Source: Heptranchias perlo (taxonomy: Eukaryota). Taken from it: DNA of 64,000 nt. Positions 51,000-63,795 of this stretch are shown here, one piece after another. The stretch spans positions 35,154,001 through 35,218,000 of the forward strand of contig NC_090328.1 in assembly GCF_035084215.1 (NCBI RefSeq), written 5' to 3'. The notes under the pieces were generated by a model. It was not told the origin of the DNA. It worked only from the letters and a program-made list of their open reading frames with translations, and searched no databases. The stretch's first letter is position 1. Every line of letters begins with the position of its first letter. Both the position numbers and the translations under genes were made by a program.

Positions 51000-51835
51000 T
51001 TACAAAGCGATATTGATAGATTAGGTGAATGGGCAAAACTGTGGCAAATGTGAGGTCATCCACTTTGGATCAAAAAAGGATAGAACAGGGTACTTTCTAA
51101 ATGGTAAAAAGTTAAAAGCTGTGGATGTCCAAAGGGACTTAGGGGTTCAGGTACGTAGATCATTGAAGTGTCACGAACAGGTGCAGAAAATAATCAAGAA
51201 GGCTAATGGAATGCTGGCCTTTATATCTAGAGGACAAGGGGGCAGAAGTTATGCTGCAGCTATACAAAACCTTGGTTAGACCGCACCTGGAGTACTGTGA
51301 GCAGTTCTGGGCACCGCACCTTTGGAAGGACATATTGGCCTTGGAGGGAGTGCAGCGTAGGTTTACTAGAATGATACCCGGACTTGAAGGGTTAAGTTAC
51401 GAGGAGAGATTACACAAATTGGGGTTGTATTCTCTGGAGTTTCGAAGGTTAGGGGGGGATCTGATCGAAGTTTATAAGATATTAAGGGGAACAGATAGGG
51501 TGGATAGAGAGAAACTATTTCCGCTGGTTGGGGATTCTAGGAGTAGGGGGCACAGTCTAAAAATTAGAGCCAGACCTTTCAGGAGTGAGATTAGAAAACA
51601 TTTCTACACACAAAGGGTGGTAGAAGTTTGGAACTCTCTTCCGCAAAATTCAATTGATACTAGCTCAATTGCTAAATTTAAATGTGAGATAGATAGCTTT
51701 TTGGCAACCAAAGGTATTAAGGGATATGGGCCAAAGGCAGGTATATGGAGTTCGATCACAGATCAGCCATGATCTTATCAAATGGCAGAGCAGGCTGGAG
51801 GGGCTGAATGGCCTACTCCTGTTCCTATGTTCCTA
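51000..51835 (+). mobile_element. Young 5'-truncated CR1 LINE
   Basis: ORFs 51025 and 51206; near-identical to 20485-21330. Confidence 0.9.
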
Positions 51836-52542
51836 TTTCTTCCTCCCTAGTCTCGGGACATTGAAGCTAATTGTAGCACTATACTTCTGCCCAGCTGAGT
51901 TCAGCAAACTCATCATGGATCAGGAATTGAAACTGGGATCTTCTAGTTTGTGTAGTTTTACCAACCACCCTGTTTCTTTATTTCATGATTTATTTCCCTA
52001 GCACTGTGGTCTTGTCATTGTCCCCTCCTCTCATCGCTCCCATCCTCAAAGAACCTAGCGTAAACCTATGTAACTTCTCCAATTTGAAAGCGGGGAGTGC
52101 AACTTCAGTGTTGTGTCAAATCACGTTTAAATGGTGCCCAGGAAGTTGAAGGAAATCTTGGACTTCCTGGGCATTTGTTAAAGCTAGCTACAGTTAGTTT
52201 AAATGACTAGATAAATTTAGATGCTGTTGTCAATGGTCTTCAAACATTTTACATTTTAAATGCTCGGAGAGAACTATATGCATATGTGTACCCACGCGTG
52301 CAGATCTCTCTTCTGAAAAGAGAATTGAAGATCCAACTTGTTAGTGTACATACGGTTCTGATCTGAGAACAGTAACACATTGTAAATGCAGCACCAACTG
52401 TTGTTCCGTTACCAACAGAAACCACCTGAACCAGGCTAAATTATGATTCTAGTTAGGCAGGGAACAGCAGTTTCCGTTGCATTGTTGTTCCGCAATCTCA
52501 GTATATTTAAATAACTTGTAATAATCCTGTTTTATCTTCCAG

Positions 52543-52607
52543 TTTCTGATAGAAGTCAAAAATTCTCTGCTGTCCATTATTCCAACTGAATGGACACAAA
52601 TTTCCAG
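52543..52607 (+). CDS. MSH3: MSH3 exon (exon 16 equivalent, 65 bp)
   Basis: tcttccag/gtatgt; FLIEVKNSLLSIIPTEWTQIS; phase 0 after SGQE. Confidence 0.95.
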
Positions 52608-52744
52608 GTATGTGTTATAGCAATTGTATACTGTCTAATTTATCATTGTTTAGAAATGCAACATTTTGGATATCAGTCATTTTCCACTAATAGATTATTT
52701 TAAAACCTAGAAGGTTGATCTTACTATTGACTTAGAGTACTAAA

Positions 52745-53130
52745 CAAGAACATCGATTTATGTAGTACTTTATCACATCTTCATGACATCCCAAAGCACT
52801 TTACAACCAGTGGATTACTTTTGAAGGGTAGTAAGCGGCTGTCACTTTATGTACAGCAATGCTCCACAAACAGCAAAAGAATGAATGAACAGCTATTCTG
52901 TTTTTGATGTTGTTTGAGGAATGAATGTTAGCCAGAACAGAAGGAGAACTCTCTGCTCCTCTTCAGATGGCACCATAGGATCTTGTATATCCATCTGAAC
53001 TTGGTTTAACATCTAAGCCGAAAGACAGCATCTCCGACAATACAGCACTCCCTCAGCACAGCACAAGCGTCTGCCAATATTATGTGCTTGAGTAAATAGT
53101 GACTCAGAAAACAGCTGAGCCAAGCTGGCA
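52745..53130 (-). mobile_element. Deu-domain SINE, decayed
   Basis: gacatcccaaagcactttaca, ccgaaagacagcatctccgaca, cagcactccctcag, gactcaga...ctgagccaa: reverse of the 8695 family. Confidence 0.75.
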
Positions 53131-54459
53131 CTATACAAAGTAGGCAGGATTTAGGATATAGCCATTTGGAAGCGCTCATAAGAAAAGGAGCAGCAGATGA
53201 CGTTTAAAAAAAAATAGGATAGCCATTGACCTTTGTCCCTTTAGTTCAACAGAGTATGTCTGTTCTATGGTGGTGAAAGGCTTAAAGCAGTATTTAGATT
53301 GGTTTACTTGAAAGATTCATCAAACCAAGTCTCAGCTTAGGTTAGTCAATTAAAACATCACTTTTCTAAGGCCTGTAAATGTAAATCCAATCCATTTCTG
53401 CTTCCATTCCATGGCCTGGTGTTTCCTCCTTGGGTGCAACCCGGATGTTAGACCCGCAAATGTGCCCAATGTTGCGCCCATTTTGCCGATGTCACGTCAC
53501 GCCCAAGTATCCTCTGAATCTCGTTTAAAATTTGGCTGGACTTAATATGGGCATAAATCAGCAAAAGCAATTGGGGCCCAAGGAAAGTACTGAACCCACT
53601 GTATATATTTCTTCTTTAAGCATGAAAATTTAAGTTTCAACTCATTTAACCATCATTTATGCACTTCAGACACATTGTGTTTAGGAACCTACAATCAGGA
53701 AAGCATTGCAATTTTTAATGACATACTTGTGCCATAAAAATCTATGCAAAAAAAACAGAAAACACAGAGCAGATCTCATTACAAAAACTGCTCAAAAAAA
53801 CTGCAGTTAAACACCAGAAGAATTACTTTCTTTTCCGCTGTGCTTGAAAATCTGGTTGCCCTGTTGAAAGACCACCCCAAACAAGCACAATTGGAGCATA
53901 CTCGCACTTGAGTTGGGGGCGTGGTCAGTTTTGTGGGTGGAGATTCATTTGGACGAAGGGTTTGATGGATGAGGAGACTTGGATGTATTGTAGTTATGCA
54001 TGTAATTCATGCCCAAATTTCTGCGATCTTTTAAGCCACCTAATCTGTTTGCGGCCAGGTTACACTGGGTGCAAGTGCAGACGATACTCCAGGCCCATAC
54101 ATTTTGCCCTTTTAACTACATTGCTCATCGATTTTTAGATGTTCCACTTATGAATTGGTGCAATGAAAGCATGGCAAAAGCAACAGTAAAGGGAAACATT
54201 ACAATGGAATAATATTATAAATACAGGTGACTGGCAGTGATTCAGTTCTCGTGATATCCTAAACCACTAAATTGAAGCTTGGCCGGTTTCTGAAGAGCAG
54301 CAGAACCACAATATGGGACTAGTGCCTTAAACTCACTGCAAACCGCGATTTGTTTTTTATGTAATGTAGTGATGATTTTTTTTCTCATTTTGCAAACAAA
54401 AGCTATTGTAATTTTCTTTTTAATAATTATTTATTGGATGTATCAAGTGTGACAGTCTG

Positions 54460-55170
54460 ATGTGGCAGATTGAGTTCAAATTGGGGAAGTGTGAGGTCAT
54501 CCATTTTGGATCTGAGAAAGACAAATATTTTCTTAATGGTGAGACGAGGAGCAAAGGGATTTAGGTGTCCATGCCCACAAATCACTAAAAGCTAATGCAC
54601 GGTTACAAAAAGGAATCAAAAGGGCCAATGGAGCGTTGGCCTTTATCTCAAGGGGGTTGTAATACAAAAATGAGGAAGTGATGCTTCAGTTGTACAGAGT
54701 ATTGGTTAGTTTTGGGCACTGAACCTCAAGAAGGATACATTGGCCTTTGGGGGTACAGTGCAGATTCAGCAGAATGATGCTCGGGCTTAAAGTGTTAAAT
54801 TATGAAGGCTGGTTGCATATACTTGGTTTGTATTCCCTTGAGCTTAGAAGGTTGAGGAATGATCTAATAGAGGTCTTTAAAATTAAAAAGGAATTCGATA
54901 GGGTAGATACAGAGAATCTATTTCCTCTGGTGAGGCAATCCAGAACAAGGGGGCATAATCTTAAAATTAGAGCTAGGGCATTTAGGAGTGACATCAGGAA
55001 ACACTTTTTCACACAAAGGGTAGTGAGAATCTGGGACTCTTTCCCCCAAAAGGCTGTGGATGTTGGGTCAATTAAAATTTCCAAGATGGAGATTGATGGA
55101 TTTTTGTTAGCATCTAATTGAATGGTGGAACAGCCTGGAAGAGCTGAAAGGCTTACTCTGTTTCTATGAT
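54460..55170 (+). mobile_element. Older CR1 3' fragment
   Basis: ORF 54747..55121 LGLYSLELRRLRNDLIEVFKI...HFFTQRVV. Confidence 0.85.
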
Positions 55171-56774
55171 GATGCTTAAGTAAAGTGTGTGTGAGTGATG
55201 TTTCTACAACTCGGTCTAGTATTGCTTGGCCTTTATTGACAACTGATAATCGGGAAATATTCTATGTAATATATAATACTGAGTAGTGTAAAGGGCATTT
55301 CATAAAATCTCCTGTAAAAGTAAAAATATATCACTTATTATTATATCAAATCATTATCAGATTTCTGTGGTGGGGGTGTGTGGAGAGTGTGTATCCCTGT
55401 TGGATGTTACTGGTACGGCTGAACGTTTGGGACTCGAGTAATAGATGGCGATCAATTAAGTAAGGTTTTGCTGAAGACCTTTTTAATCTACCACATCCCT
55501 CTCACTGTCGGCCCATTGCACTCTGTCAAATACATTTTCAGTGTAAGTACAGCTTCCTGCAACAAGCAAAAGGGGCGAAGGATGTTGAGCTGTCTAATGT
55601 TATCAACTGAGTGTTTCCCGTAGATGAAGTTTCTATGGTCTTTGTGCATCACAAACCTAGTGTTTTGGACAGTATTTTGAGTCACAGTTCAGCAATTTTT
55701 TTGTCTAACTTGTTGATTACTGAGATGTTTGCATCACACAATGTGCCTGTTAATGTGCATCATTCAGCAAATTATATAGTTTTGGGGACAGTTTTTTGTT
55801 AAACTGTTCCGTGGCTCGAGCTTTGTCATTTTTCATGGTCTGCACCTGCTCTTGGAAAATGGAAGATCCAAAGTGTCTATCTAGTTGTTGCTTGGTTGGG
55901 TTAGTGCAGACTGACCAAATACTTTAGGCTAACACCCAAACATTCAGACCGCTGGTGCACACTAGAATTTCCACCCCACTATTTCTGCAGGTTTTAGCAT
56001 GCAGTTCTTCAAACATTCTCCCTCCCAAAATGGATTTGATGACGCAGCTATTTTGTGGGCAATCACGTAGCGCAGCAGTATCACTTACATGGCGAGCATT
56101 AGCAAACATTGATTGCTGCTTTTTGTGATCATTGCTGTTTAAACGACGGTGCTAATTCAGAAAATTTATCTTTACGTAGCTTTCCTGTGCGCTTATCATA
56201 TTCCTTACCGTGGATGGCTTCATAGTGTCTTCGAATGTTCTATTCTTTCACCACAGCCATCTATTGCTTACAAATCAAACGTGGGATTCCCATTCACGTC
56301 CACGAGGAAATGCAAAATGAATTTTGGATTCTGTTTCAAAGAGTGGGCTTATTGGGCTACTTGACCCAAGTTAATCTACCTCAATCTGCTGTGGATGATC
56401 TTGCTTCACAAACTCCGCTCCTTACTCCTCCAAACCAAACAAAAAAGGGAAGTGCCAGGAGTGTAGTGTGCTACTACTCTGACATATTGTACTTTGCTAC
56501 TTTACTGTGGGATTCAGATTTTTATTACCTGCTCCAAAACTGTTTACACCTGGACCTTACAAGACAACAACTCAAAACCAAGGCTAATTTGACTTTCAAA
56601 GTACGCTATGCAGGATGATGTACACGAGGTAAAAACCAAATCCATTCACCACATTACATTTTGAAAAAGTTATTCCATCCACCTCGCTATCGCTCCAAAC
56701 ATTTAAAAACAAAAGAATATATGGATGAGTGAGATGCTCTTCAAAAAGTGATTACAAATGTGTTATATGCCACG

Positions 56775-56794
56775 GTGTCAGCCTTAGCGTAGTC

Positions 56795-56825
<31 letters not shown>

Positions 56826-57110
56826 GTGGGTTTTAGCCCCACTCCAGAGACTTCAGCACAAAATCTTGGCTGACACTTCAGTACAGTACTGAGGGAGTGC
56901 TGCACTGCGGAGGTGTCATCTTTCAGGTGAGATGTAATACCGAGGCTCTGTCTGCCCTCTCGGGTGGACGTCAAAATTTCGAAGAAGAGCAGGGGAGTTC
57001 TCCCTAGTGCCCTGGCTAATATTTATCCCTCAACCAACATCATAAAAACAAATGATCTGGTCATTATCACGTTGCTGTTTGTGGGATCTTGCTGTGCGCA
57101 AACTGGCTGC
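56775..57110 (+). mobile_element. Deu-domain SINE (3'-truncated)
   Basis: tagcactcttgcctctgagtcagaaggtcgtggg...gtactgagggagtgctgcact...atttatccctcaaccaac. Confidence 0.85.
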
Positions 57111-57286
57111 TGCAGCTGTGGCCCTACATTTAAAAGGTGCCGTTCTACCGGGCTGTTAGAAGCAGTGCTCGAGGGACTCGTGTCCCATTCCGGGAGAGTT
57201 GGCCACGCTAAGCACAGCATGCTGTGGGCCGAATGAAACTTCTGTAGGCTGAATCCAGCCTTTGGGCAGTATGTTTGACACCCCTG
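57111..57286. mobile_element. hAT/Charlie-type DNA transposon end
   Basis: Ends in gtttgacacccctg (reverse of the CAGGGGTGTCAAAC-type TIR); partner TIR not seen. Confidence 0.55.
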
Positions 57287-58189
57287 TTGTAAGGGATCTG
57301 CACTGCTCCAATATGCATAGGACCAGTATGTCATAGTGCTGAACACAAAATATTCAGACAATAAGCTCCTCTGATCCCCTCATTTCAGTCCTCAACATCT
57401 TAGCCTACACAGATGGCTGATACAAAAGAAAATACTCCAGGGCAGAGGACATGCCAGTTATTGCAGTCCTAGGAACACAGGGTTGACATAATTCCTGAAC
57501 ACTCTGCTCTATGGAGGAGACTTTCCTAACACCATCTCAGAGGACCTGACCTGCTGACATCACTGACATTCTCCTAGCTGGAAAATGTCAGGATTCTTAA
57601 TGAGCGTCCTATCCAGACTTCTATACCTCTTCCAAATGTTCCAAATCGGGGATCCCCAAAGGATAGATCATGACTTGCATTGAAGTCTTGGGAGTTGGTT
57701 TTTAATAATTTGAGGTATACTTGTCATATTTTACATTCTGACAGTAGCTCTGGAGATAATTGCCTAATCCCATTTACATGCAACGACACGATAATTGTAC
57801 TATACTCTAACCCTGATGTCAGTGCTGTGCACATTGCAAATTGAGACGAAATGCATCTGAGTTTACAACCTGTTATTTTTTCCTTCCAGCCTATATTGCA
57901 TCTAGAAGTTAAGTTTATAGTGAATGGAGGTGAATTTTCTGTATCTCTCTGTCTCATATAAATTATTGATGCCTTGAGGATTTATGATCCCAATATCTGA
58001 AAATTTAATGTCCTCACACTACTGAATGAATTTAGATAGAGGTGCATGTTCAGAAGGGCTAGACTTGACTGGTGTTTCTTATTTAGTTAACTGGGAGTGT
58101 ATTAATCTTTCTACTTCGTTTCCACGTATACCCTGCTAATTTTGTCATTTTGCTGGTAAACTACTGATCTTTCTGTCTGCACCCGCCTT

Positions 58190-58320
58190 ATAATCAAATT
58201 CTTTACCAATACTCGCACATATGGTTTAAAAACTGTCCTATTGCCCGGTAAAGTATACATTGAGCCACATGATGCAGCCAAAGCAAGGTAGTTGCCAACA
58301 GTAGAGCAAAAATATATTCA
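58190..58320 (+). repeat. Left arm of a diverged inverted repeat paired with 63796-63949
   Basis: ataatcaaattctttaccaat...cctattgcccggtaaagtatacat...gtagagcaaaaatatattca. Confidence 0.8.
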
Positions 58321-58443
58321 TAGGAGTTGCAAAATCACCCAATAAACTCCATAGTTACGGGAGCAACAGGTATAGGCATGTTTTATCAGGGTATAGAAAT
58401 TTACGGTAGCCTGGAAGCCCAAGCCCAAGCCCATCAAAACAAT

Positions 58444-61097
58444 GGTTGGCAGTGCTCAAAGTAGAAAAGTCACCCGGTCCAGAAAGGATGCATCCTAGGT
58501 TGCTGAGGGAAGTAAAGTTGGAAATAGCGGAGACTTTGACCACAATCTTTCAATCCTCCTTGGAAATGGGAGTGGTGCCAGAGGACTGGATGGTTGCAAA
58601 AGTTATGCCCCTGTTCAAAAAGGGGGCGAGAGATAAACCAGATAACTACAGGCCAGTCAACTTAACGCCGGTGATGGGGAAACTTCTAGAGAATCCGGGA
58701 TAAAATTAATTGTCACTTGGAAGAACATGGGTGAATAAATGACAGCCAATATAGATTTGTTAAAGGCAAATCATGTCTGACACACTTGATTGAGTTCTTG
58801 GATGAAATAAAAAAGAGGGTTGATGAAGGTGGTGCAGTTGATGTTGTGTATATGGACTTTCAAAAGGCGTTTGATAAAGTGCCACATAATAGACTTGTTA
58901 GCAAAATTGAAGCTTATGGGATTAAAGGGGCAGTGGCAGCGTGGACACGAAATTGACTGCGAGACAGAAAGCAGAGAGTGGTAATGAACGATTGTTTTTC
59001 AGATTGGAGGGAAGTATACTGTGGTGACCCCCAGGGGTCAGTATTAAGACCACTGCTCTTTTTGATCTATATTAATGACCTGGTCTAGGGTATAGGGGGC
59101 ATAATTTCAAAGTTTGTGGATGACACACACCTTGGAAATGTAGTAAACATTGTGGAGGATAGCAACAGACTTCAGGAGGACACAAACAGCCTGGTGAAAT
59201 GAGCAGACACATGGCAGATGAAATTTAATGCAGAGAAGTGTTAAGTGATACATTTTGGAAGGAAAAAAAAGGAAGGAAAAATAACGAGAGGCAGTATAAA
59301 TCAGATGGTACAATTTTAAAGGGGCGCAAGAACAGAGACCTGGGGGTGAACGTACACAAGACTTTGAAGGTGGCAGGACACGTTGATAAGGCTGTTTTTA
59401 AAAAAAAAAGCATATGGGATCGTTGGCTTTATTCATAGAGGCATAAGAGTACAAAAGCAAGGAAGTTATGCTAAACTTTTAAGTTACTAGTTGGACCTCG
59501 ACTAGAATATTGTGTCCAATTCTGGGTGCCACCATTTTGAAAGGCCTTAGAGAGGGTGCCGAAGAGATTTACTTAAACGGTACCAGGGATGAGGGGTTTC
59601 AGTTATCTGGAGAGACTAGAGAAGCTGGGATTGTTCTTCTTGGAGCAGAGAAGGTTAGGGGGATATTTAATAGAAGTGTTCAAAATTATGAAGGGTTTTG
59701 ATAGAGTAAAAAGAGAGAAACTGTTTCCACTGGCAGGAGGGTTGGTAACTTGAGGGCACAGATTTAAAATAAGTGTGAAAAAAAAGCCTGCAGGGAGATG
59801 AGAATTTTTTTTTTTAAACTCAGCGAGTTATGATGATCTGGAATGCACTGCCTGAAAGGGTGGTGGAAGCAGATTTAATAGTAACTTTCAAAGGGGAATT
59901 GAATCTCTACTTAAAAAGGGGAAATAGGAGCAGGAGTAGGCCATACGGCCCCTCGAGCCTGCTCCGTCATTCAATAAGATCATGGCTGATCTTCTACTTC
60001 AACTCCACTTACCCGCCCTATCCCCATATCTCTTGATTCACTTAGTGTCCAAAAACCTGTTGATCTCAGTTTTGAATATACTGAATGACTGAGATTCACA
60101 ACCCTCTGGGTGAAGAAATTTTTCCTCATCTCAGTCCTAAATGGCTGACCCCTTATCTTGAGATTATGACCCCTAGTTCTAGAATCTCCCATAGAAACAT
60201 AGAAAATAGGAGCAAGAGTAGGCCATTCGGCCCTTTGGGCCTGCTCGGCCATTCAGATTGATCATGGCTGATCGTCTAACTCAGTACCCTGTTCCCGCTT
60301 TTTCCCCATATCCCTTGGTCCCTTTAGCATTAAGAAATATATCTATCTCCTTCTTGAATACATCTAATGACTTGGCCTCCACTACCTTCTGTGGTAGAGA
60401 ATTCCACAGGTTCACCACCCTCTTGAGTGAAGAAATTTCTCCTCATCTCTGTTCTAAATGGCATACCCCGTATCCTGAGACTGTGACCCCTGGTTCTGGA
60501 CTCCCCAGCCATCGGGAACATCTTCCCTGCATCTAGTCTGTCTAGTCCTGTTAGAATTTTATATGTTTCGATGAGATCACCTCATTCTTCTAAACTCCTG
60601 TGAATTTAGGCCTAGTCGACCCAATCTCACCTCGTACGTCAGTCCTGCCATCCCAGGAATCAGTCTGGTAAACCTTCGTTGCACTCCCTCCATGGCAAGG
60701 ACATCCTTCCTCAGATAAGGAGACCAAAACTGCACACAGTACTCCAGATGTGGTCTCACCAAGGCTCTGTATAACTGTAGTAAGACACCCCTGTTCCTGT
60801 ACTCAAATCCTCTTGCAATGAAAGCCAAAATACCATTCGCCCTCCTAACTGCTTGTTGCACCTGAATGCTCACTTTCAGCGACTGGTGTACAAGGACACC
60901 CAGGTCTCATTGCACCTCTCCTTTTCCCAATCTGTCACCATTCAGATAATCTACCTATCTGTTTTTACAACCAAAGTGGATAACCTCACATTTATCCACG
61001 TTATACTGCTTCCTTCTTGGAACGAACAGGGACGTGGGACTAATTGGTAGCTCTTTGAGAGCCAGCACAGGCAAGATGGGCCGAATGGCCTCCTTCA
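58444..61097 (+). mobile_element. CR1 LINE (RT to 3' tail), interrupted at ~59923-61010
   Basis: KSPGPERMHPRLL, NYRPVNLT, gactttcaaaaggcgtttgataaagtgcca; tail tgtatgattctatga near 61095. Confidence 0.9.
59923..61010 (-). mobile_element. Two tandem antisense CR1 3' fragments (~59923-60190 and ~60191-61010)
   Basis: Two separate CR1 3' ends (ataggagcaggagtagg; catagaaacatagaaaatagg); ORF 60577..60873(-). Confidence 0.85.
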
Positions 61098-61779
61098 GTG
61101 CTGTATGATTCTATGATTTGTCAGATTGTTGCTCGTCCCGCACAGGTGAGTACCTCGTTTTCATATGCTGCTTGTTACTGCCGTTAGTAAATGTTCTGTC
61201 CTGATCCCCATTTGGGAATTAAAGCAGATGTTTGCTATTGCAATTGATTAGTACAGCACCCGATTTCTCTTCCATGTGGACTGAATGGTAGCTTATGATT
61301 ATTGAAGTTGGGCAACGGGAAGTTTGGCAGGGCTACCAAATTTGATATGTAGGTTGCGACCATGCATTTTTGTCATTGGGGGAAAAACAACTTTGTGGTG
61401 ATCAAGATGCATCTTCATAATTCTAAGAAAATAGTATTCTCCGAAGGTATTGAAGATCTGCTGGTTAGGATTTTTCATCAACATAGTTTTTTTTCAGAAA
61501 TAAGGTTGATTTATTTTTGCCTTGTTAAATCTATGTTGGATGTGCAAATGGTGTATCAACACTTCCTGAATGCAGTTTTAACACAGGACTACTGTTTACC
61601 GCATGGCAGTCAGGGTTAGTATTACTACCGGCTGGGAAGTTACCTATTCTTTTCTAGGAGGAAATCAATATCATTGAATATATCAAAAACAAAATACTGC
61701 AGATGCTGGAAATCTGAAATAAAAGCAGAAAAGCTGGAGATGCTCAGCAAGTCGGGCAGCATCTGTGGAAAAAAGAAAG

Positions 61780-61816
61780 AGTTAACGTTTCAGGTCGAAG
61801 ACCTTTCGTCAGAACT
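61780..61816 (-). ncRNA. Minimal type I hammerhead ribozyme motif
   Basis: agtt-CTGACGA-a-aggtc-ttc-gacct-GAAA-cg-TT-aact; palindromic AACGTT. Confidence 0.75.
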
Positions 61817-62215
61817 GGAAGATGTTAAGAGTTAAAGTTTTTGAGCAAGTACAGAGCCAGGAAAAAGGGGGGAGGGAGGGGAGGGAACGAAATAACAAAA
61901 GGGAAGGTCTGTGATAGGAGAGAGGGCATGAGAGATAAAATGACGATAGGGATGATGGTGCAAGGCAAGGAGATTGGGACAGGTTAAGAAACAAAAGATT
62001 GATCAGGAGTAGCAGTAAATGGCAGCAGCAGAACCATTACCAGCACTTGCTGATCAAAAAAATGGGAGCAGTGTTTATGATCTGAAGTTATTGAAATCAA
62101 TGTTGAATCCGGAAGGTTGTAAAGTGTCTAAACAAAAGATGAGGTGCTGTTCTTTGAACTTACGTTGAGCTTCATTGGAACAGTGTAAGAGGCCGAGGAC
62201 TGAGGTGCCAGAGTA

Positions 62216-62887
62216 GCCATGATGTGGAGATGCCGGTGATGGACTGGGGTGGACAAATGTAAGGAGTCTTACAACACCAGGTTATAGTCCAACAGCTTTA
62301 TTTGAAATCACAAGCTTTCGGAGCTTTCTTCCTTAGTCAGGTGAGTGTAGGGTTCCATAAAGGCACAGCATATATAGTCAGAGAACAATGCCTGGTGATT
62401 ACAGATAATCTTTCCAACAGCCCGTTATCACACCTCGGCAGAGATATAATCAAAGCAATCAAAGGAGTGGATGGTGTTCAGACAGAGAAATATTACATCC
62501 CAGACTACTGAATACACAAACGGTCAGAACACAAAGACAGAGAGAGACACACACCCGAAAGGCAGAGAGAGAGAGAATGACCAGATGCATTAAAAACAGA
62601 TAACTTTGTTTCTGCTGGTGTGGTTAAATGTAGCGTGACATGAAGCTAAGATCCCAGTTGAGGCTGTCCTCATGGGTGCGGAACTTGGCTATCAATTTCT
62701 GCTCGACGATTTTGCGTTGTCGTGTGTCTCGAAGGCCGCCTTGGAGAACGCTTACCCGAAGATCGGAGGCTGAATGTCCTTGACTGCTGAAGTGTTCCCT
62801 GACTGGGAGGGAACCCTCCTGTCTGGCGATTGTTGCGTGGTGTCCGTTCATCCGTTGTCGCATCTGCATGGTCTCGCCAATGTACCG
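62216..62887 (-). mobile_element. Penelope-like element, family B (GIY-YIG plus pLTR), inside family A
   Basis: ORF YIGET...RQRMNGH...HFSSQGH...EQKLIAKF; end homologous to the 2368 foldback; core-mutated hammerhead at 62308-62344. Confidence 0.85.
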
Positions 62888-63795
62888 TGCACCTGTCAAT
62901 TACAGTGCAGGGGAATCCTCGGTTAAGGAAAAAGGAAGACATATCGGAAGCACTGGTGTGGAAGGTGGTATCGTCAGAACAGATGCGACAGAGAAACTGG
63001 GAGAAGGGAATAGAATCCTTACAGGGTGGGAGGAAGTGTAATCAAAATAGCTGTGGGAGTCGGTGGGCTTATAATAGATATTGGTTGACAGTCTATCCCC
63101 AGAAATGGAGATAGAGAAGTCGAGGAAGGGAAGAGTCAGAGATGGACCATGTGAAAGCGAGGGAAGGGTGGAAATTGGAAGCAAATTTGATGAAATTTTC
63201 CAGCTCAGGGCGAGAGAAGGAAACTGCACCGATATAGTCATCAGTGTATCAGAAAAAGAGGTGAGGGAGGGGACCTGAGTAGGACTGGAACAAGGAATGT
63301 TCCACGTATCCCTCAAAAAGGCAGGCATACGGGTTCCCATAGCGACACCTTTTATTTGGAGAAAGCGAGTGGAGTCAAAGGAGAAGTTGTTCAACGCAAG
63401 AACAAGTTCAGCCAGGCGGTAGATGGGGGCTGGTTGGACCTCCATTCAAGGAAGAAGTGGAGGGCCTGCAGGCCGTCCTGGTGGGGGACGGAGGTGTGGA
63501 GGGACTGACTGTCCATGATGAAAAGGAGACGGTTAGGGCCGGGGAACTGGAAACTGTTAAAGTGATGAAGGGCGTCGGAAGAGTCGTGGATGTAGATTTG
63601 AAGAGACTGGACAAGAGGAGAAAAAATAGTCGAGATAGGAGGAAATAAGTTCCGTGGGGCAAGAACAGGCTGAAACAATGGGTCTCCCAGGGCAGTCCTG
63701 TTTGTGAATCTTGGGAAGGAGGTAGAAGTGGGCTGTGCAGTGTTGGGGGACTGAGGTTGGAGGCCATGGAGGGAAGATCTCCAGAGATTTATCAT

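Larger units (their letters stand above)
61684..63789 (-). mobile_element. Penelope-like element, family A (RT, GIY-YIG C-terminus, pLTR), with 15-bp TSD
   Basis: RT FLQIKGVAMGT and IYYKPTDSHSY; EQHLIF C-terminus near 62140; TSD TATCATTGAATATAT at 61669-61683 and 63790-63804. Confidence 0.9.
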
